42,527 nt of DNA from Candidatus Limnocylindria bacterium (GCA_035464915.1 DATHRT010000170.1:1-42527), one strand, 5' to 3'; positions 29,549 through 38,916 are shown, counted from the stretch's first letter. Notes: generated by a model not told the origin, from the sequence alone. Translations and numbers: made by a program.

Positions 29549-29650
29549 GGGGGAACACTCCTGGGTTTTTCGGCGGGGACAATCCTGTTTTTCTCGGCGA
29601 TAATATAAGGGGTGTCCCCGATGGAAGTGGCCCCGGTGGGAGTGCCCCCC
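29549..29650. repeat. GGGGGACACTCC-box palindromic element, copy C (intergenic)
   Basis: Boxes: GGGGGAACACTCC 29549-29561; GGGGACAATCC 29575-29585; reverse GGGGTGTCCCC 29609-29619; reverse GGGAGTGCCCCCC 29638-29650. GGGGACAATCCTGTTTTTCTC matches copy A GGGGACACTCCTGTTTTTATC at 19 of 21 positions. Confidence 0.75.
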
Positions 29651-29686
29651 GGTTGCAGTGAAAACATCCCGACAGGAGGGAAAGCG

Positions 29687-29992
29687 ATGATCACGTTCGA
29701 GTACCGGTTCGACGTTCTCCCCGGGAAGGCGAAGGACTACGAGAAATATCTGGCGCGCACGGGAAAGGACCTATGGTTCAAGTTCCCGGGCGTCCGATCG
29801 GTCAGGATCTACAAGAGCATGCTGGGTGGCTCCTCTCCGCAGCGCGTTGTTCAGGTGGATCTCGACAACCTCGCGGCCCTGGAAAAGATCTTCTCCAGTC
29901 CTGCCTTCAAGAAGGCGAAGGATATATTCCACGGGTTTGTGACGAACGTTTCCGACTCGCTGCTGATTCAAGTGAGCGAAAAGAAGAAATAG
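29687..29992 (+). CDS. Small protein (101 aa), possibly ABM/Dabb-like alpha+beta fold; function unknown
   Basis: Listed ORF 29612.. trimmed to ATG 29687 (MITFEYRFDVLPGKAKDYEKYL...), which sits behind AGGAGGGAAAG. It is followed by an intrinsic terminator. Confidence 0.6.
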   Translation: MITFEYRFDVLPGKAKDYEKYLARTGKDLWFKFPGVRSVRIYKSMLGGSSPQRVVQVDLDNLAALEKIFSSPAFKKAKDIFHGFVTNVSDSLLIQVSEKKK

Positions 29993-30018
29993 ACGAGGTT
30001 CCCGCCAAGGGCCTCCCC

Positions 30019-30050
30019 GCGGGCGGTTCACGGGCCGCCCGCTTTTATTT
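30019..30050 (+). terminator. Rho-independent terminator after the 101-aa gene
   Basis: GCGGGCGG (30019-30026), an 8-nt loop, CCGCCCGC (30035-30042), then TTTTATTT (30043-30050). It overlaps the rsmI stop codon on the opposite strand. Confidence 0.6.
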
Positions 30051-30875
30051 CTGCCGCTGCCTCAGGATCTCCGCGTACACCTCCTTGCGGGAGAGCCCCG
30101 TCCGCTCGGTAATCTCCCGGGCGAGGTCGCGGGAGGAGCCGGAGCCGTCCTCGAGAGCCGCCCTGACGATTTCCTCCACGGACAGCTCGACCGTTTTCTT
30201 CCCTCCCCCGATCACGATGGTGACCTCGCCCAGGACCGATTCGCGCCCGGATATCTCCGCGGCCAGCTCGGAAAGCGACCCCCGGAGAATCTCCTCGTGG
30301 ACCTTGGTGAGCTCCCGGACAACGCAGGCCCGCCGATCGCCGAAGATCTCCGCGGCTTCACGGAGAAAGGCCGCGAGCCGCTGGGGAGACTCATAGAAGA
30401 TCATCGTTCTCGTCCCGGTGGTGAGACCCTGCATCGCCTTCCGGCGCTTTTCCCGGCGGGCCGGCAGGAACCCCTCGAACGTGAAGTGGTCGGTCGGCAG
30501 CCCGGATACCACCAGCGCGGCGACGAGCGCCGAAGGGCCCGGGACAACTTCGATGGGAACACCCGCGCCGATCGCCTCCCTCACCAGTTCGTACCCGGGA
30601 TCCGAGATGGCGGGCGTACCCGCATCGGATACGAGCGCGACGCTTTCCCCGTCGCGGAGTCTGCGGAGGATGCTGGCACCGGCGCGGACCTTGTTGTACT
30701 CGTGGAAAATGAACAGGGGCGTCCGGATCTCGTACCGGTTGAGGATCTTGACGGTGCGCCGCGTATCCTCGCAGGCGATGATCGCCGCTTCCTTGAGGAC
30801 GCGGATCGCCCGAAGCGTGATGTCCTCGAGATTCCCCAGCGGGGTGGCCACGATGTACAGCGTGCCCGTGCTCAT
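30045..30875 (-). CDS. rsmI: 16S rRNA (cytidine1402-2'-O)-methyltransferase
   Basis: 276 aa. N-terminus GTLYIVATPLGNLEDITLRAIRVLKE...ACEDTR is typical of RsmI (tetrapyrrole-methylase fold). Confidence 0.9.
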   Translation of the reverse strand: MSTGTLYIVATPLGNLEDITLRAIRVLKEAAIIACEDTRRTVKILNRYEIRTPLFIFHEYNKVRAGASILRRLRDGESVALVSDAGTPAISDPGYELVREAIGAGVPIEVVPGPSALVAALVVSGLPTDHFTFEGFLPARREKRRKAMQGLTTGTRTMIFYESPQRLAAFLREAAEIFGDRRACVVRELTKVHEEILRGSLSELAAEISGRESVLGEVTIVIGGGKKTVELSVEEIVRAALEDGSGSSRDLAREITERTGLSRKEVYAEILRQRQK

Positions 30876-30885
30876 CCGCCGCCCC

Positions 30886-32184
30886 CTACAGCGTTCTGCG
30901 GTCCACCACCCGCTGCGACTTCCCTTCGGAGCGGGCGAGCGTCTTTCTCTCGACGAGCTTGACCTCTATGTTGATCCCGAGCTCCTGGGCGAGGCGCTTC
31001 CGGATATGTTCCATCATATCCCTCTGCTGCCGCATTTGATCGAAAAAGATCGTCTCTCCCACCTCCACGTGGACGGTGACCTCGTCGACCCCCCCCTTCC
31101 GCTCGATCACGATCTGGTAGTGCGGCTCCGTCCCCTCGATTTCGAAGAGGACGGACTCGATCTGAGAGGGGAAGACGTTCACTCCCTTGATGATCAGCAT
31201 GTCGTCGGTCCGCCCCTTCACACGGGCCATGCGGCGCAACGTGCGTCCACAGGGGCAGTGTCCGGGAAGGAGGCTCGTCAGGTCCCGGGTCCGGTACCGG
31301 ATCATCGGAAACGCCTCCTTGGTAAGCGAGGTGATCACGAGCTCCCCTGTCTCCCCCTCGGGCATCGGCCGGAGCGTTTCCGGGTCGACCACCTCCACCA
31401 GGAAGTGGTCCTCGTTGATGTGCAGGCCGTTCAGCTCCCGGCACTCCCCCGAGACGCCCGGGCCGATGATTTCGGACAGCCCGTAGTTGTCCGTGGCGAT
31501 GATCCCCAGATTCTCCTGGATCTCCCGCCGCGTCCGCTCGGACCAGGGCTCCGCCCCGAAAAGACCGTATTTCAGCGAAAGAGCCGCCAGGGGAATCCCC
31601 TGCTCCCGGATCGTCTCCGCCACGAGCATCGCGTAGGAGGGGGTGGAGATCAGGGCGGTGGTCTTGAAGTCCATCATGATCTTGATCTGGCGAAGGGTGT
31701 TGCCGCTCGAGGCGGGAATCACGGAGGCACCGATACGCTCGGCGCCGTAGTGGAGACCGAACCCGCCGGTGAAAAGGCCGTACCCGAACGCGATCTGGAC
31801 CACGTCGTCCTTCGTTATCCCGCCCATCGTAAGGATCCGCGCCGTGAGGTTGCTCCAGATCCGGACGTCGTTTCGCGTATACCCCACAACCGTCGACGCA
31901 CCCGTCGTTCCGGAAGAAGCGTGGATCCGGACCACCTCGCGGAGAGGAACCGCGAAGAAGCCGTAGGGGTAACTCTCCCGAAGGTCCTCCTTCGCGGTGA
32001 ACGGGAGGCGGGAGAAATCGGTCACGGAGCCGATGTCCTCCGGCAGGATCCCGAGAGAGTCGAACTTCTTCCGATAGAAGGGGACGTGGGAATAGATGCG
32101 GTTCAGCGTCGACTGGAGCCGTTCGAACTGGAGCTGCTCGAGCTCCTCCCGGTTCATGCACTCCCTGTCGGCCTCCCAGAACAT
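30886..32184 (-). CDS. Phenylacetate-CoA ligase family protein (PaaK-like), copy 1
   Basis: Trimmed to ATG 32184 ([23 protein letters not shown]...), which sits behind AGGAGG. AMP-binding motif [16 protein letters not shown]. About 430 aa, as for PaaK-type adenylating enzymes. Confidence 0.85.
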   Translation of the reverse strand: MFWEADRECMNREELEQLQFERLQSTLNRIYSHVPFYRKKFDSLGILPEDIGSVTDFSRLPFTAKEDLRESYPYGFFAVPLREVVRIHASSGTTGASTVVGYTRNDVRIWSNLTARILTMGGITKDDVVQIAFGYGLFTGGFGLHYGAERIGASVIPASSGNTLRQIKIMMDFKTTALISTPSYAMLVAETIREQGIPLAALSLKYGLFGAEPWSERTRREIQENLGIIATDNYGLSEIIGPGVSGECRELNGLHINEDHFLVEVVDPETLRPMPEGETGELVITSLTKEAFPMIRYRTRDLTSLLPGHCPCGRTLRRMARVKGRTDDMLIIKGVNVFPSQIESVLFEIEGTEPHYQIVIERKGGVDEVTVHVEVGETIFFDQMRQQRDMMEHIRKRLAQELGINIEVKLVERKTLARSEGKSQRVVDRRTL

Positions 32185-32201
32185 CTGCCTACCTCCTTCG
32201 G

Positions 32202-32936
32202 TTACGCGCTCTCCTCGGAACTCCACCCCAGATAGGCGCGTTGCACGTTTTTGTTGGACAAGAGCTCCTCGGACGGTCCCTGGAGAACCATCCGCCCGGT
32301 CTCCAGGACATACCCCCGGTCGGCGATCGCGAGGGCTCCCCGCGCATTCTGCTCGACGAGGAGAATCGTCAGCCCGAACTCCTTCCGGAGATGCACGATA
32401 TGGGCAAAGATCTCCCGAACCATCCGAGGGGCCAGCCCCATGGAGGGTTCGTCGAGGAGAAGCATCCGGGGCCGGGAAAGGAGGGCCCGTCCGATCGCCA
32501 GCATCTGTTGCTCCCCCCCGGAAAGGGTCCCGGCCAGCTGGGCCTCCCGTTCCTTCAGCCGGGGGAACAGGCCGAAAACCCGCTCCATGTCCTCGGCCAC
32601 CTCCTCGTGCCTTCTTCTCCGGTACTGGACACAGGCCCCGAGGATCAGATTCTCCCGTACCGTCATGGGAGCGAACAGCTGTCGGCCTTCGGGCACGAGC
32701 GAACAGCCCAGGGAAACGATCCGTTCCGCCGGCACTTTCCGGATCGTCTCCTTCTCGAAGAAAATCTCGCCCCCCCGCGGGGCAAGAAGCCCCGAAACGG
32801 TCTTCAGAAGCGTCGTCTTCCCCGCGCCGTTCGCCCCGATGACCGTGACGATCTCGCCGGGGCCGATGTGAAGCGACACCTTCCGGAGGACTTTCAGGGG
32901 ACCGTATCCCGCCTCAAGGTTCTTGATCCTAAGCAT
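32202..32936 (-). CDS. livF: Branched-chain amino-acid ABC transporter ATP-binding protein (LivF-like)
   Basis: Motifs [36 protein letters not shown]. Last gene of a LivHMGF-type set. Confidence 0.85.
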   Translation of the reverse strand: MLRIKNLEAGYGPLKVLRKVSLHIGPGEIVTVIGANGAGKTTLLKTVSGLLAPRGGEIFFEKETIRKVPAERIVSLGCSLVPEGRQLFAPMTVRENLILGACVQYRRRRHEEVAEDMERVFGLFPRLKEREAQLAGTLSGGEQQMLAIGRALLSRPRMLLLDEPSMGLAPRMVREIFAHIVHLRKEFGLTILLVEQNARGALAIADRGYVLETGRMVLQGPSEELLSNKNVQRAYLGWSSEESA

Positions 32937-33693
32937 CGCCTTCCCCGAGGTAGACCTGGATCACTTCCGGGTCCTGCTGGATGGAGGCCGGTTTGTCTTC
33001 GGCGATCTTCTGCCCGTAACTGAGCACGACGATATCGTCGGAGATGTCCATGACCAGGGACATGTCATGCTCCACGAGCAGGACGGTGACGTTCCGCTCG
33101 CGAATCCTGCTGATCAATTTCCCGATCTTGACCGTTTCGCGGATGTTCAGCCCCGCCGCAGGCTCGTCGAGGAGAAGGATCCGCGGATCGCACGCAAGTG
33201 CGCGGCCCAGCTCCACAATGCGCTGCTGTCCGTAGGGGAGACGAACGGCTTCCTCATCCGCCTGCCCGGAAAGACCCAGGAACTCCAGGATCTCCCGGCA
33301 CGTTTCCCGCGCGCGGCTCTCCTCCTTCCGGAGGAACGGAAGGTGGAGCATACAGGATACGAAGCCCCCCCGGCTGTGGAGGTGGCGCCCGACCAGGATG
33401 TTATCAAGGACGGTCATTTTCGGAAAGAGACGGGTCTGCTGGAACGTCCTCGCCATGCCTCGCGCCGCGATCTGGTGAGGCATGAGCCCCAGCACCTCGG
33501 CGCCGTCGAAGACGACGGAACCCCGGTCGGGACGGAGGAACCCGGAGAGCAGGTTGAACAGCGTCGTCTTGCCCGCGCCGTTCGGGCCGATGAGGGCTTT
33601 GATGGCGCCCTGCGGCACATCGAAGGACACGTTATCCACCGCCTTGAGGCCGCCGAACCGCTTGCTTATGCTCCGGACCGAGAGGAGCTTCAC
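32929..33693 (-). CDS. livG: Branched-chain amino-acid ABC transporter ATP-binding protein (LivG-like)
   Basis: Listed ORF 32929..34413 trimmed to GTG 33693 (VKLLSVRSISKRFGGLKAV...), which overlaps the livM stop as GTGA. Motifs GPNGAGKTT and LLLDEPAAGLN. Confidence 0.85.
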   Translation of the reverse strand: MKLLSVRSISKRFGGLKAVDNVSFDVPQGAIKALIGPNGAGKTTLFNLLSGFLRPDRGSVVFDGAEVLGLMPHQIAARGMARTFQQTRLFPKMTVLDNILVGRHLHSRGGFVSCMLHLPFLRKEESRARETCREILEFLGLSGQADEEAVRLPYGQQRIVELGRALACDPRILLLDEPAAGLNIRETVKIGKLISRIRERNVTVLLVEHDMSLVMDISDDIVVLSYGQKIAEDKPASIQQDPEVIQVYLGEGDA

Positions 33694-34760
33694 GTTTCCT
33701 TCTCCCCGCCGGCAGGGAAAACCGCTGCCCTGAGCTCTTCGAACAGCTGCCGCCGCAGGAGCCCATCGGGCGCGAAGAGCATGATCAGGATGAGGATCCC
33801 GCCGAAGACCGCGTCGTCGTACGTCCCGAAATATCCGCGGAGGGAAAGGTAGTTCAGGAGGAGACTCATCAGGAGCGTGCCCCAGAGGTTCGCCATGCCC
33901 CCGATCGCGACGATCGCCAGGTAGCGGACCGATTTCATGACGGAGGATTCCGAGGGACCGATCCCGCCGTTGTAGTGGGTCAGGAGGACCCCCGAGACCG
34001 CCGCGAAGGCGGCGCTGACCACGAAGATCTTGAGCTTGTAGCGCGCTGTGGGGATCCCCATCGCCTCGGCGGCATCCTCCGCGCCGTGGATCGAGGCGAG
34101 CGCCCTTCCCACGCGGGAGCGGACGAGGTTCAGCAGGAAGACCATCCCCAGGATCACGAATCCCCAGGCGACGTAATAATTCATCACCCGGAGAGAGGAT
34201 TTCCCGGACACCACGATTCCCGGAAGCAGGGGAAAGGCCGGGACGTTGTAGATCCCGTCCGCCGAACCGACCAGCTCGGTCCCGAGAACGATCCGGTAGA
34301 CAATGATGCCGAACCCCAGCGTGGCCATGGCGAGGTAATGCCCTTTCAGCTTGAGGACCGGCCCCCCGATGGCGAAGGCTATGGCGACGGCGGTGAGCAC
34401 CGCGAAGATGCACGCGGGCCAGGGATGGACCGTCAGCAAATCCCCCCCGTAGAGGTCGGGACGGCGCGTGAGAATCCCCATCGCGGCCAACCCCGAGACG
34501 ATGAGTCCCCCGTGGGCCGACAGGTCGTGGGTGGTCAGCAGCGCGGAGAGATACCCCCCGATCGCGAAGAAACCGGCGTGCCCGATCGAGATCTGCCCGG
34601 CATACCCGGTGAGGATGCAGAGACCGAGCACGACCAGCGAGTAGTAGGCGGACATCGTCAGCTGGGTCAGGTGGTATACGTTCCCGGTCAGGGAGGTCAC
34701 CAGCTGGATCGCCGCGACCACCGTGGCGAACCCGGCGATCTGGAGCCCCTGTTTCCTCAT
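33690..34760 (-). CDS. livM: Branched-chain amino-acid ABC transporter permease (LivM-like)
   Basis: 356 aa polytopic membrane protein of the LivM type, positioned between the livH-like and livG-like genes. Confidence 0.85.
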   Translation of the reverse strand: MRKQGLQIAGFATVVAAIQLVTSLTGNVYHLTQLTMSAYYSLVVLGLCILTGYAGQISIGHAGFFAIGGYLSALLTTHDLSAHGGLIVSGLAAMGILTRRPDLYGGDLLTVHPWPACIFAVLTAVAIAFAIGGPVLKLKGHYLAMATLGFGIIVYRIVLGTELVGSADGIYNVPAFPLLPGIVVSGKSSLRVMNYYVAWGFVILGMVFLLNLVRSRVGRALASIHGAEDAAEAMGIPTARYKLKIFVVSAAFAAVSGVLLTHYNGGIGPSESSVMKSVRYLAIVAIGGMANLWGTLLMSLLLNYLSLRGYFGTYDDAVFGGILILIMLFAPDGLLRRQLFEELRAAVFPAGGEKET

Positions 34761-35650
34761 CAGAACTCCTTCAGGCGTGCCTCTTCGACGCTCCCGAACA
34801 GTCCGCTGGGCCTGACAAAGAGGATGCCGAGCAGGATGGCGACCGAAATCACGTCCTTGTAGGCCGCCGGAAGCACCGATATGCTGAGGGACTCGAGAAT
34901 CCCGAGAAGCATGCCCGCGCCGGCAGAGGCCAGGCTGTTTCCCAGCCCGCCGAGGATCGCGACCGTGAACCCCTTGATCGCCAGCGGCACCCCGCTGTCA
35001 TACTGCACGTAGGTGATCGGGGAGACGATGCACCCTCCGAGCGCCCCGATGCCTGCGCTGAGCATGAACGAAAAGGTCACCATGTTCTTCGCGCTGATGC
35101 CGCACAACCTCGCGGCGTCCCGGTTCGCGGCGCAGGCCCGCATCTGCATCCCCAGCAGGGTGTACCGGAAGAAGCCCGCCAGGATTGCCACCACGACCGC
35201 CCCGATGCCGACGACCCAGAGCACCTGCGGGGAGATGTAGACCCCGCCCAGCCGGATCGAGGTCACCGAGGTCCCGGTGAAGTAGGGAAGGGCCCGAACG
35301 CTCTCCCCCCAGATGTGGAGCGCACCTTCCCGTATCAGGATCGACAGCCCGATCGTGATGACGATCATCCGCAGCACCGAGGGACGGTGGAGCCAGCGGA
35401 TGAACAGGATCTCGAGGAGGGCCCCGACGATCATCGTGATGAGGACCGCCCCGAGGATGGCCGCCGGAAGGGGGAGAAACCGGCCGAGGGTCACGGCGGT
35501 CATCCCGCCGAGCATGACGAACTCCCCCTGGGCGAAGTTGATGATCCCCGTCGCGTTGTAGATCATGTTGAAGCCGACGGCGACGATCCCGTAGATCGTC
35601 CCGTAGGTGACTCCGGCGACCATGTATTGCAGGAACAGGTCGAGGTTCAT
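34760..35650 (-). CDS. livH: Branched-chain amino-acid ABC transporter permease (LivH-like)
   Basis: 296 aa. N-terminus MNLDLFLQYMVAGVTYGTIYGIVAVGFNMIYNATGIINFAQGEF is typical of LivH. Confidence 0.85.
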   Translation of the reverse strand: MNLDLFLQYMVAGVTYGTIYGIVAVGFNMIYNATGIINFAQGEFVMLGGMTAVTLGRFLPLPAAILGAVLITMIVGALLEILFIRWLHRPSVLRMIVITIGLSILIREGALHIWGESVRALPYFTGTSVTSIRLGGVYISPQVLWVVGIGAVVVAILAGFFRYTLLGMQMRACAANRDAARLCGISAKNMVTFSFMLSAGIGALGGCIVSPITYVQYDSGVPLAIKGFTVAILGGLGNSLASAGAGMLLGILESLSISVLPAAYKDVISVAILLGILFVRPSGLFGSVEEARLKEF

Positions 35651-35668
35651 CGCGCCCCGTCAACAAAT

Positions 35669-35701
35669 CGGGAGTATCCGCGGCGTGCGCGGATACTCCC
35701 G
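35669..35701 (-). other. Intercistronic stem-loop between the livJ-like and livH genes
   Basis: CGGGAGTATCCGCG (35669-35682), a 5-nt loop, then CGCGGATACTCCCG (35688-35701). This is a perfect 14-bp stem in the 80-nt spacer. Confidence 0.7.
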
Positions 35702-35730
35702 CAGTGAAGTTTCTTGCCGATCCGACCTTC

Positions 35731-36879
35731 CTACTTCCCGTACAGGGCGAACTTCCCGTCCTTCACGGTGAGCAGTTCGAACGCGTCGATACCGAGTCCG
35801 TTGTGGTCCTCCGCCGAGAAGTCGAAGACGCCGCCGGTGCCGACAAACCCCCGCATCGTTTCGATCGCGTCCCTCACCTTCTCCTTGTCGGTGCTGCCCG
35901 TCTTCTCGATCGCCTTCGCGAGGATCATGAAGGCGTCGTAGGCATGTCCGCCGAAGGTGCTCGCATCCTCCTTGTACTTCTTTTCGTAGTCGTTCTTGTA
36001 CTTCACGAGCACCGGTTTCTGCGCATTCGAATCCGGGAGAACGTCGGCGACGAGCAGCCGGCCGGCGGGGAAGATGACCCCCTCGGCGGCCGCTCCGGCG
36101 GCCGCCACATACTTGATGTTCCCGAACCCGTGGCTCTGGAAGATGGGGCCCGTAAACCCGATCTGGCGCGCATTCTTGATCACGATCGACTGGGCCGGAA
36201 CGATCGACCAGTTCACGATCGCCTCGACGTTGGCCGCCTTGAGCTTGGTCACCTCGGCCGTCAGGTCGGTGGAGGCCTTGTCGTAGACCTCGCTGGCCAC
36301 GATCGTGATGCCGTTCTCCGGCGCCAGCTTTTCGATCTGCCCCTTGCCCGCCTTGCCGAACCCGGTATTGCCGGAGAGGACGCCGATCTTGGAGATCTTC
36401 ATACTCTTCATCTGGTTGAAGATCGCCTGGATGGCATCGCTGTCCTTCTGCGGGGTCTTGAAGACCCACTTCGCCACCGGGTTCACGATCACCTCGGCCG
36501 CCGCGCAGGAGAGGAGGATCGTCTTCCCCTCCTCGGCGATCCCCTTGATCTGCATCGTCTCCCCGCTCGTGGAGGGCCCCAGGATCGCCAGGACCTTCTT
36601 CTCCTCGATCAACTGCTTGGCGAAGGAGACCGCCTTCTCGGGGCTGCCCCCCGAATCCATGATGAACAGCTCGACCTTGTGCCCGTTGATCCCCCCCTTG
36701 GCGTTGACTTCCTCGGCGAGCATCTCCAGTGTCCTGGACTCGGGCCCGCCGAGAAACGAGGCCGGACCGGTCACCGCGAGGATCGCCCCGACTTTGATCG
36801 GCTCGGCCGCCTGGACGCCCGCGCCAACCAAAAGCGCCAGCGCGACGAATGCAACGATAATTCCGTTTCTCCCCCTCAT
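35731..36879 (-). CDS. Branched-chain/hydrophobic amino-acid ABC substrate-binding protein (LivJ/LivK-like)
   Basis: 382 aa with signal peptide MRGRNGIIVAFVALALLVGAGVQA. Type-I periplasmic binding fold family (IKVGAILAVTGPASFLG...). SD GAAGGAGGGG. Confidence 0.85.
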   Translation of the reverse strand: MRGRNGIIVAFVALALLVGAGVQAAEPIKVGAILAVTGPASFLGGPESRTLEMLAEEVNAKGGINGHKVELFIMDSGGSPEKAVSFAKQLIEEKKVLAILGPSTSGETMQIKGIAEEGKTILLSCAAAEVIVNPVAKWVFKTPQKDSDAIQAIFNQMKSMKISKIGVLSGNTGFGKAGKGQIEKLAPENGITIVASEVYDKASTDLTAEVTKLKAANVEAIVNWSIVPAQSIVIKNARQIGFTGPIFQSHGFGNIKYVAAAGAAAEGVIFPAGRLLVADVLPDSNAQKPVLVKYKNDYEKKYKEDASTFGGHAYDAFMILAKAIEKTGSTDKEKVRDAIETMRGFVGTGGVFDFSAEDHNGLGIDAFELLTVKDGKFALYGK

Positions 36880-36957
36880 GTTCCCCTCCTTCTTCGTGGG
36901 ATATTTGCCGCCTCACCCGTTTGGGAACCTCTTTTCCCGACCTCCCGGGACCCGGCG

Positions 36958-36973
36958 GGAAAAACGTTTTTCC
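36958..36973. promoter_or_regulatory. Perfect 16-bp palindrome upstream of the livJ-like gene (candidate operator)
   Basis: GGAAAAACGTTTTTCC is self-complementary with no loop. It lies 79-94 nt upstream of the ATG at 36879. Confidence 0.4.
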
Positions 36974-37026
36974 TTCCGATTTAACCCGTTCCAACATGCA
37001 GGCCGCTTCTTTTCTCGCGAGCGGCG

Positions 37027-37458
37027 CTACAAAGAGTAGACCTCCTCTCCCCGGAGCACACGCACTCTGGCTCCCGTTAGGACCGATATCGCCTTGTCGA
37101 TCTCGTCGAAGCGGAAGATGATGACCGCGTTGTCACCGGATCGCTGCACGAATGCGTACATGTACTCCACGTTGATCCCCGCCTCGTGCAGGATCTTCAG
37201 TATTTCTCCCAGCCCTCCCGGACGGTCCGGGACCTCGAGGGCCACCACCTCCGTCTTTCCCACCGTGAACCCGTTCTCCTTTAACACCTGCTTCGCCCGG
37301 TCACTCTGGTTGACGATCAGGCGCAGGATTCCGAAATCGGCCGTATCGGCCAGGGAGAGCGCACGGATATTGACGCCCGCCCGGGAGAGAATATTCGTCA
37401 CCTCGGCCAGACGCCCGGACTTGTTCTCCAGGAATATGGAAATCTGCTCGACCTTCAT
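37027..37458 (-). CDS. Tandem ACT-domain protein (amino-acid-binding regulatory protein)
   Basis: 143 aa from ATG 37458 (the track starts one codon earlier at a GTG). Two ACT-like halves: [29 protein letters not shown] and [36 protein letters not shown]. Confidence 0.8.
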   Translation of the reverse strand: MKVEQISIFLENKSGRLAEVTNILSRAGVNIRALSLADTADFGILRLIVNQSDRAKQVLKENGFTVGKTEVVALEVPDRPGGLGEILKILHEAGINVEYMYAFVQRSGDNAVIIFRFDEIDKAISVLTGARVRVLRGEEVYSL

Positions 37459-37477
37459 CACAGCCCTCCTTCGGTCA

Positions 37478-37604
37478 GGGGGACACTGGCGGGGGACACT
37501 CGTGCAACATGGTACTTGAGTTCATGAGTGTCCCCCTGAAAGGGTATGAGTGTCCCCCGCCACCTGCGAAACGAAATGTGCACCCCCTGAACGGGAATGA
37601 GTGT
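37478..37604. repeat. GGGGGACACTC-box palindromic element, copy B (intergenic, best formed)
   Basis: Forward boxes at 37478-37487 and 37491-37501. Reverse boxes GAGTGTCCCCC at 37526-37536 and 37548-37558. A perfect 14-nt inverted repeat pairs 37488-37501 with 37548-37561. A degenerate ATGAGTGT lies at 37597-37604. Confidence 0.85.
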
Positions 37605-37614
37605 TTCTGCCGCC

Positions 37615-38916
37615 CTATAACTTCCGGTTATCGATTACCCGTTTTGCCTTTCCCTCGCTGCGCTGGATCGTTTTCGGCTCCACGAGTTTCACCTTGCAGG
37701 AGACTCCGAGCAGATCCTTGATCTCGTGTTCGATCCGCTTCGCGAGCGTCTCAAGCCCTTTGATCTCGTCCGTGAAGACCGCCTCGCCCACCTCCACCTG
37801 CACCTCGAGGAGGTCCAGGGACCCTTCGCGGGATACGATCAGCTGGTAGTGGGGCTCGACGCCCTCGATCGTCATCAGGACCGCCTCGATCTGGGACGGG
37901 AAGACGTTGACCCCCCGGATGATGAGCATGTCGTCGGTCCGACCCGAGATCCGGTCCATCCGCACGTGGCTCCGGCCGCAGGAGCAGGGGGAGACATTGA
38001 GGCGCGAAATGTCGCGCGTCCGGTAGCGGATCACCGAAAACGCTTCCTTGGTGATCGTGGTGAAGACGAGCTCCCCCGTTTCCCCGTAAGGGAGCGCTTT
38101 CCCCGTCGAGGGGTCGATGATCTCCGCGATGAAGTGGTCCTCGAAGATGTGCAGGCCTCGCTTTTCCTCGATGCACTCCGACGCCACACCCGGCCCGATG
38201 ACCTCCGAGAGGCCGTAGATGTCGAGCGCGCTGATCTTGAGCTTCTTCTCGATCTCCCCGCGCATCGATTCGGTCCACGGCTCGGCGCCGAACAGGCCGC
38301 ACTTGAGCCGCAGGCCGGCCGGGTCGACTCCCTCCTCCGCCATCACCTCGGCGAGGTTGAGCGCATAGGAGGGGGTGCAGAGGAGAATGGTGGATCCGAA
38401 ATCCTGCATGAGCATGATCTGGCGCTTGGTGTTTCCGCCCGAAATCGGGATGACGGTTGCTCCGATCTTTTCCGCTCCGTAGTGGGCGCCCAGCCCCCCC
38501 GTAAACAGGCCGTATCCATACGCGTTGTGGACCACGTCCCCCTTCGTCGTCCCCCCGCAGGCGAGCGTGCGTGCCATGAGCTCCGCCCAGGTGTCGATGT
38601 CGCGGCGCGTGTAGCCGACGACGGTCGGCTTGCCGGTCGTCCCCGAGGAGGCGTGCACCCGCACGACCCGTTCCATCGGGACGGCGAACAACCCGAACGG
38701 GTAGGTATCCCGGAGATCGTCTTTCGTGGTGAAAGGAAGGTTCTTCAGGTCTTCCACCCCCCGGACGTCGCCCGGCTTGCACCGTGCGCCATCGAGCTTC
38801 CGCCGATAGAAAGGCACCCCGGCGTAGACCCTGCCGATCAGATCCCGGAGCCGCTTCGACTGCAGCGCCACAAGAGCCTCGCGGGGGAGCGTTTCGAACT
38901 CGTTGTCCCAGATCAT
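37615..38916 (-). CDS. Phenylacetate-CoA ligase family protein (PaaK-like), copy 2
   Basis: 433 aa with [16 protein letters not shown]. It is colinear with copy 1 along its whole length. SD GGAGGAGGAAGG. Confidence 0.85.
   Translation of the reverse strand: MIWDNEFETLPREALVALQSKRLRDLIGRVYAGVPFYRRKLDGARCKPGDVRGVEDLKNLPFTTKDDLRDTYPFGLFAVPMERVVRVHASSGTTGKPTVVGYTRRDIDTWAELMARTLACGGTTKGDVVHNAYGYGLFTGGLGAHYGAEKIGATVIPISGGNTKRQIMLMQDFGSTILLCTPSYALNLAEVMAEEGVDPAGLRLKCGLFGAEPWTESMRGEIEKKLKISALDIYGLSEVIGPGVASECIEEKRGLHIFEDHFIAEIIDPSTGKALPYGETGELVFTTITKEAFSVIRYRTRDISRLNVSPCSCGRSHVRMDRISGRTDDMLIIRGVNVFPSQIEAVLMTIEGVEPHYQLIVSREGSLDLLEVQVEVGEAVFTDEIKGLETLAKRIEHEIKDLLGVSCKVKLVEPKTIQRSEGKAKRVIDNRKL

Noticed and set aside
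29638-29665. Sigma-54 promoter-like strings (GTGCCCCCCGGTTGCA here; also GGTGCACATTTCGTTTCGCA on the minus strand near 37565-37590, and TTGGAACGGGTTAAAT on the minus strand near 36980)
   Set aside because: None satisfies the invariant GG-N10-GC spacing of -24/-12 promoters.
30418-32235. 605-aa ORF on the plus strand
   Set aside because: It is antisense to rsmI and paaK-like copy 1, both of which have clear family motifs.
37478-37604. Possible CRISPR array, because of repeated boxes
   Set aside because: The repeats are only 10-11 nt, they occur in both orientations with irregular 3-24 nt spacing, and no cas genes are present. This is not a CRISPR.
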